DNA of 64,000 bases, from positions 32,001 to 96,000 of the forward strand of contig CAVSGP010000014.1 of NCBI GenBank assembly GCA_963727505.1. Direction: 5' to 3'. A program made the translations under genes and the position numbers. The stretch's first letter is position 1; every line of letters begins with the position of its first letter. The DNA is from an uncultured Trueperaceae bacterium. GTDB lineage: Bacteria; Deinococcota; Deinococci; Deinococcales; Trueperaceae. Positions 59,847 to 64,000 of this stretch are shown piece after piece. The notes under the pieces were generated by a model, which was not told the DNA's origin, did no database searches, and worked only from the letters and a program-made list of their open reading frames with translations.

Positions 59847-61017
59847 GGAACACCCCCCGTCCGAAGAAGCGACTCTGGTAGAGCGTGAGGATCAGGATGA
59901 TGGCGAACAGCACCACCGACTGCGCGGCCGCCAGGCTCCAGTTGTTGCGCTTGTAGAAGGTGTCGAAGATCACGATGCTGGCCGTATCGACGGCGTCCCG
60001 CACCGCCAGCTGGCGCATCACGTAGATGTGGGTGAACGCCTGGAAGGTTCCGATGAAGCCGAGCACCGTCAGGTAGAAGGTGACCGGCGAGAGCAGGGGC
60101 ACGGTGATGTGGCGGAAGCTCTGGACGCGGTTGGCGCCATCGATGGCGGCGGCCTCGTAGAGGTCCTGCGGGATGTTGCCCAGACCCGCCAGGAAGATCA
60201 CGGCGTTGTAGCCCGTGAAGGTCCAGATGCCGAACAGGATGATCGTCACCAGCGCCAGGCTGGGGCCCGCCCAGAACCCGGTGATGTGCTCGACGCCCAG
60301 GCTGTGCAGCAGGCCCCCGAAGAGCACCTCGGTGACCGGTTTGGTCTCGAACAGCCAGCGCTGCGGCGGGATGTGCAGCCACGACAGCACGGTGTTGGCG
60401 AGGAACTCGGGTCGCGGGCTGAAGATGGCCCGGAACACCGCGGCGCCCGCGACGGCGGGAGCGACGTAGGGCAGGAAGTAGAGCATGCGGAAGAATTCGC
60501 GCCCGCGGATGCGTTGGAACAGCAGGCTCGCGACCACCAGCGCCAGCGCGATCTGGATGGGCACCGAGCCGAAGCCGTAGTACACGGTGCGCACCAGTCC
60601 TTGCAGGAAGGCGCGGTCGCCGCTCCGGACCATCAACTGCCACCCCAGGGCGACGCTCACGCCGCTGCCCAGCAAGAGCAGGGCGCCGCCGGCCTGCAGG
60701 TAGCGCCTCGCCTCGCCGCGACCGCCACCGAAGGCGTCGGTCCACAAGCCGTGCGCGACCAGAACCAGCAGCAGCCCCCCGAAGAACGCCACGGCCCCGC
60801 TGGCGTGCCCGAGGGTGTGGCTGTAGTTCTCGAGCCCGATGAACGCGCCCTGACGCACCCGCCAGCTGTACAGGCTCATGTAGAGCGCGTAGACGATGGG
60901 GAAGAGCCCGAAGATGGCGATGATCACTACCGCCGGCAGGATGAAGACATAGCCAGTCAACCACTCGCGCCATACCCGTCGTGGGAGGCGCTTGCGTGGA
61001 CCGGTGTTGACCGTCAC
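59839..61017 (-). CDS. CUT1 ABC permease (UgpA-like)
   Basis: GYVFILPA, FIGLENY and FLAGLGNIPQDLYEAAAIDGA motifs; probable GTG start at 61017. Confidence 0.85.
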   Translation of the reverse strand: MTVNTGPRKRLPRRVWREWLTGYVFILPAVVIIAIFGLFPIVYALYMSLYSWRVRQGAFIGLENYSHTLGHASGAVAFFGGLLLVLVAHGLWTDAFGGGRGEARRYLQAGGALLLLGSGVSVALGWQLMVRSGDRAFLQGLVRTVYYGFGSVPIQIALALVVASLLFQRIRGREFFRMLYFLPYVAPAVAGAAVFRAIFSPRPEFLANTVLSWLHIPPQRWLFETKPVTEVLFGGLLHSLGVEHITGFWAGPSLALVTIILFGIWTFTGYNAVIFLAGLGNIPQDLYEAAAIDGANRVQSFRHITVPLLSPVTFYLTVLGFIGTFQAFTHIYVMRQLAVRDAVDTASIVIFDTFYKRNNWSLAAAQSVVLFAIILILTLYQSRFFGRGVFRG

Positions 61018-61113
61018 GGCCGCTTCACCACCCCAAGTATAGGTGGCGGGTCGGCGTGTGACACGGGCACCTGTCCCGCATCGGGGCACGCCGGGGGGAC
61101 GGTACAGTGCGGC

Positions 61114-62139
61114 GTGCCGGATACGTTCGAGATCGAGGTGCTGGAGGGCCTTGTGCCCTACGCGCGGCGGGAGCTGGACGCCGCCGGCTGGAGCGTCGTG
61201 GCCGAGCACGCCGACGGCCTGACGGTCCGCGCCGCCGGCCCCGATGCCCTCCTGGCGCTCCGGCTCGCCAGCGCGGTCTACCGCCGCCTCCACTTCGACG
61301 TTCCGCGCCCCAAGGCGCTGCTCGGCGATCAGCACTTCCGACGCCTGCTGGCCGCGGTCCGCGAGGCGACCGGGCGCGGGCGCTTCCAGGGCTTCCGCTT
61401 CGCCGCGGCTGGCGCCGATTCCCCGGTGTTCCTCAGGCTGGCGCGGGCCCTGCAGGACGCCACCGGGTTGCGCTTCGACCCCGCCGCGGGGGAGCTACTC
61501 TTGCGGGTGCGGCCCGCGCCGGACGGGCCCGGTTGGGAGGTGCTGGTGCGGTTGACGCCCAGGCCCCTGTCGGCGAGGTCCTGGCGCGTGTGCAATCGTG
61601 CTGGTGGTCTCAACGCGACGCTGGCCGCGGCGATGGTGGCCGCGTCGCAACCACGCCCCGGCGACCGCTTCCTGAACCTGATGTGTGGCTCCGGCACGCT
61701 GCTGGCCGAGCGCTTCCTGGCGGGGCGCGCCGCCGAGCTCACGGGCCTGGACCTGGACGCCGAGGCGCTGGCGTGTGCGCGCGCCAACCTGGAGGCTGCA
61801 GGTGCGGCCGAGGCCTGCCGCCTGGTGCACGCCGACGTCCGCACGGCGCCGTTGGAACCCGGCGCGTACGACGTGATTCAGGCCGATCTGCCCTGGGGCG
61901 ACGCCGTGGGCAGCCATGCCGAGAACCGCTCCCTCCACCCTGCCGTGCTCGAGGCTGCCGGCCGGTTGGGGGGGCCGGACGCGCGTCTGGTGGTCTTGAA
62001 CCACGAGCTCAAGCTGTTCCGCCGGGTGCTGGCGGAGCAGGGGTGGTGGCGGGTGGAGTCGGAGCGCAAGGTCGCGCACGGAGGGCATTTCCCCCACCTC
62101 TACGTGCTTCGGCGGCTCGGAGCGGGCGGAGGCCCGTGA
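61114..62139 (+). CDS. THUMP/TrmN-like SAM-dependent RNA methyltransferase
   Basis: RPLSARSW, LNATLAAAM, NLMCGSGTL and ADLPWG motifs. GTG 61114 lies 5 nt after TACAGT. Confidence 0.8.
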   Translation: MPDTFEIEVLEGLVPYARRELDAAGWSVVAEHADGLTVRAAGPDALLALRLASAVYRRLHFDVPRPKALLGDQHFRRLLAAVREATGRGRFQGFRFAAAGADSPVFLRLARALQDATGLRFDPAAGELLLRVRPAPDGPGWEVLVRLTPRPLSARSWRVCNRAGGLNATLAAAMVAASQPRPGDRFLNLMCGSGTLLAERFLAGRAAELTGLDLDAEALACARANLEAAGAAEACRLVHADVRTAPLEPGAYDVIQADLPWGDAVGSHAENRSLHPAVLEAAGRLGGPDARLVVLNHELKLFRRVLAEQGWWRVESERKVAHGGHFPHLYVLRRLGAGGGP

Positions 62140-62258
62140 GGCGCGTGAGGCGCGCCCCTCACGGAACGGAGTCGCCGTCGGGGCGCGTGATAGACTCGCG
62201 GCGTGAGGAACGGGTGGCGCGCTCTGGGACCCTACGCGCGGCCGGGGACGGATAGGTC

Positions 62259-63080
62259 GTGAGCCGCATGGCGCGCATCCGGCCCGGCTGGTACCTGCTC
62301 ATCGCGCTGGCGCTCTATGCCCTGGTGGTGACGGTGCTGCTGCGCGGCAGCCAGGCCGAGGTGCAGCGACTGCGCGCCCAGACGGCGACGCCGGCCACGG
62401 CATCGTCGTCTGCGGACGCGCCCGCGTCTCTGCCGCGCTCTGCCGCCGCGTCCCCGTCGAGCCCGCTCCCAGCGACCGCCCCCCGCTCGTCCGCGAAGGC
62501 GGCGGCCGGCGCGCTCGCGCCGGCTGGCCTGTGGTTTCCGCTGCCCGGGGCGGGCGTGCCGAAGGACGCCAACGACCTGCCCGGCGCGCAGCGTCCCTAT
62601 CGGCACGGGGTCAGCCAGGGCTTCGACTTCGTCGACGGTGACGCTGGAATCCCCGTTGCCTACGGTCAGCCGGTCATCGCCGCGGCCGCGGGCGAGATCG
62701 TGCGGGCCGACACCAACTACGTCGAGATGACGCAGGACGCCTGGAAGCAGCTCCTGACCCAGGTCGGGAGCGGTGGCGCGGACGCCGGCGAGCTCGACAA
62801 GCTGCGCGGCCGCCAGGTGTGGGAGCGGCTCCCGGACGGGCGGGTGCTGCGCTACGGCTTCCTCTCTGGCGTCCGGGACGGCATCACCACCGGCATAAGG
62901 GTCTACCGTGGCGAAGTGATCGGCTACGTCGGCAACTCCGGAACGGGCGACGGCGTGGCGCAGACGACCCTCCATCCCCGGCTCCACTTCGAGATCTGGC
63001 AGGGCGATCAGTTCTTCGGTGAGGGGCTCAAGCCCGACGAGGTCCGCATGCAGGCCGCCTCCCTGTTCGTGGGGCCCTAG
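62259..63080 (+). CDS. Membrane-anchored M23/LytM-fold protein, degenerate
   Basis: N-terminal TM; PVIAAAAGEIV, VYRGEVIGYVGNSG and LHFEI motifs; key His residues missing. Confidence 0.85.
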   Translation: MSRMARIRPGWYLLIALALYALVVTVLLRGSQAEVQRLRAQTATPATASSSADAPASLPRSAAASPSSPLPATAPRSSAKAAAGALAPAGLWFPLPGAGVPKDANDLPGAQRPYRHGVSQGFDFVDGDAGIPVAYGQPVIAAAAGEIVRADTNYVEMTQDAWKQLLTQVGSGGADAGELDKLRGRQVWERLPDGRVLRYGFLSGVRDGITTGIRVYRGEVIGYVGNSGTGDGVAQTTLHPRLHFEIWQGDQFFGEGLKPDEVRMQAASLFVGP

Positions 63081-63084
63081 GGCC

Positions 63085-64000
63085 GTGACCGACGGCCCGG
63101 ACTCCCGCGCGCCGGAGGGCCAGCGCGTCACCGCTGTGGAGGTGGTGTGGCGCAACGTGTGGGTACGCGCCTGCAGCTACGTGGCGCTGGCCGCCTTCCT
63201 CGTCTACACGCTGTGGCGGTTGCGCGGCGGCTACGGCTTCGCGCTCCAGGTCGGGGTCGTCGGGTTCATCATCGCCTACATCCTCAACCCCGTGGTGGAG
63301 GCGCTCGAGCGCCTGCGCATCCGGCGCCCGGTGGCCGTGGTCATCGTGTTCTTCCTGCTGCTGAACCTACTGGTGCTCGGCTCGGTGCTGGTGAGCCAGG
63401 TGGTCACCGAGATGGGGCGCTTCGTCAACCTCGTGCCCAAGGCCATCGACAACCTGACCTCGCTGTCGACCCATTTCCAGGCATGGTTGGCGGGGGTGGT
63501 GACCAACCTGCCGGATGCCATCTCGAGCAGGCTGGGGGTGCCCGCCAACCAGACCCAGCTCAGCCAGCAGATCCGCCAGGAGCTCGTGAACTTCGCCACC
63601 CAGCTCGCGCAGAGCCTCAACCGCCTGCTGCAGCACATCATCACCGGCGGCCCCAGCCTGTTGCTGAGCGGGGCCACGGCTGTCATCTCCACCACCTTCC
63701 AGGTGGTGCTCATCTTCATCGCCAGCGCGTACTTCCTGTACGACTACCCGCGCTTCACGTCGAACTTCCGACGGTTCGTGCCGGTGCGTTGGCGGCCCCT
63801 CTACGAGGACCTCACGGAGAAAGCCGACCGCGCGGTGGGGGGCTATTTGCGCGGCCAGCTCCTGATCACGCTGACGCTGGGAGTCCTCATCTGGCTGGGC
63901 CTGACGATCATCGGCGTGCCGCTCGCCACAGCCATCAGCTTCCTGGCCGCCATCTTCAACCTGGTGCCCTACCTGGGGCCGATCATCGGCGTGTTGCCGG
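63085..64000 (+). CDS. AI-2E family transporter (3' end outside window; missing from the ORF track)
   Basis: Open frame from GTG 63085: IAYILNPVVEALER, VGGYLRGQLLI and FNLVPYLGP. Confidence 0.88.
   Translation, partial: MTDGPDSRAPEGQRVTAVEVVWRNVWVRACSYVALAAFLVYTLWRLRGGYGFALQVGVVGFIIAYILNPVVEALERLRIRRPVAVVIVFFLLLNLLVLGSVLVSQVVTEMGRFVNLVPKAIDNLTSLSTHFQAWLAGVVTNLPDAISSRLGVPANQTQLSQQIRQELVNFATQLAQSLNRLLQHIITGGPSLLLSGATAVISTTFQVVLIFIASAYFLYDYPRFTSNFRRFVPVRWRPLYEDLTEKADRAVGGYLRGQLLITLTLGVLIWLGLTIIGVPLATAISFLAAIFNLVPYLGPIIGVLP

Noticed and set aside
41773..61017. Two sugar ABC loci without an ATPase as defective systems
   Set aside because: CUT1 systems commonly share a MalK/MsmX-type ATPase encoded elsewhere.

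Overview
A very GC-rich bacterial chromosomal segment, most consistent with Deinococcota (Truepera/Thermus-like). The evidence is inference from many leaderless genes, a Thermus-type rnpA/rpmH overlap, and the protein families present. It contains about 57 CDS and no rRNA, tRNA, CRISPR array or recognisable mobile element. Housekeeping genes: an EF-G paralog, metK, gatA, gatB, folE, sdhCDAB, rpmH-rnpA-yidD-yidC-jag, prmC, lspA, hemW and a large NAD-glutamate dehydrogenase. There are also two sugar-type ABC loci, one of them a maltodextrin operon with two GH13 enzymes. The most unusual elements are: (1) an ectoine/hydroxyectoine uptake and catabolism cluster (eutD, ehuABCD, eutB, eutC) that lacks the usual deacetylase, aminotransferase and MocR regulator, and instead carries a cystathionine-gamma-synthase-family PLP enzyme, an ACT-less homoserine dehydrogenase, an aldehyde dehydrogenase and a FadR-type GntR with palindromic operators; (2) a two-gene unit of a catalytically degenerate HemC-fold protein with a CxxC motif and a circularly permuted CcdA; (3) rpmH nested inside rnpA behind a structured leader; (4) a 2-kb tandem duplication of a surface lipoprotein gene that left a decayed hemW 5' fragment; (5) a secreted GH13 that resembles Thermococcales pullulan hydrolases; and (6) a His-less M23 protein. 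All family calls come from motif recognition by eye; no database search was run.
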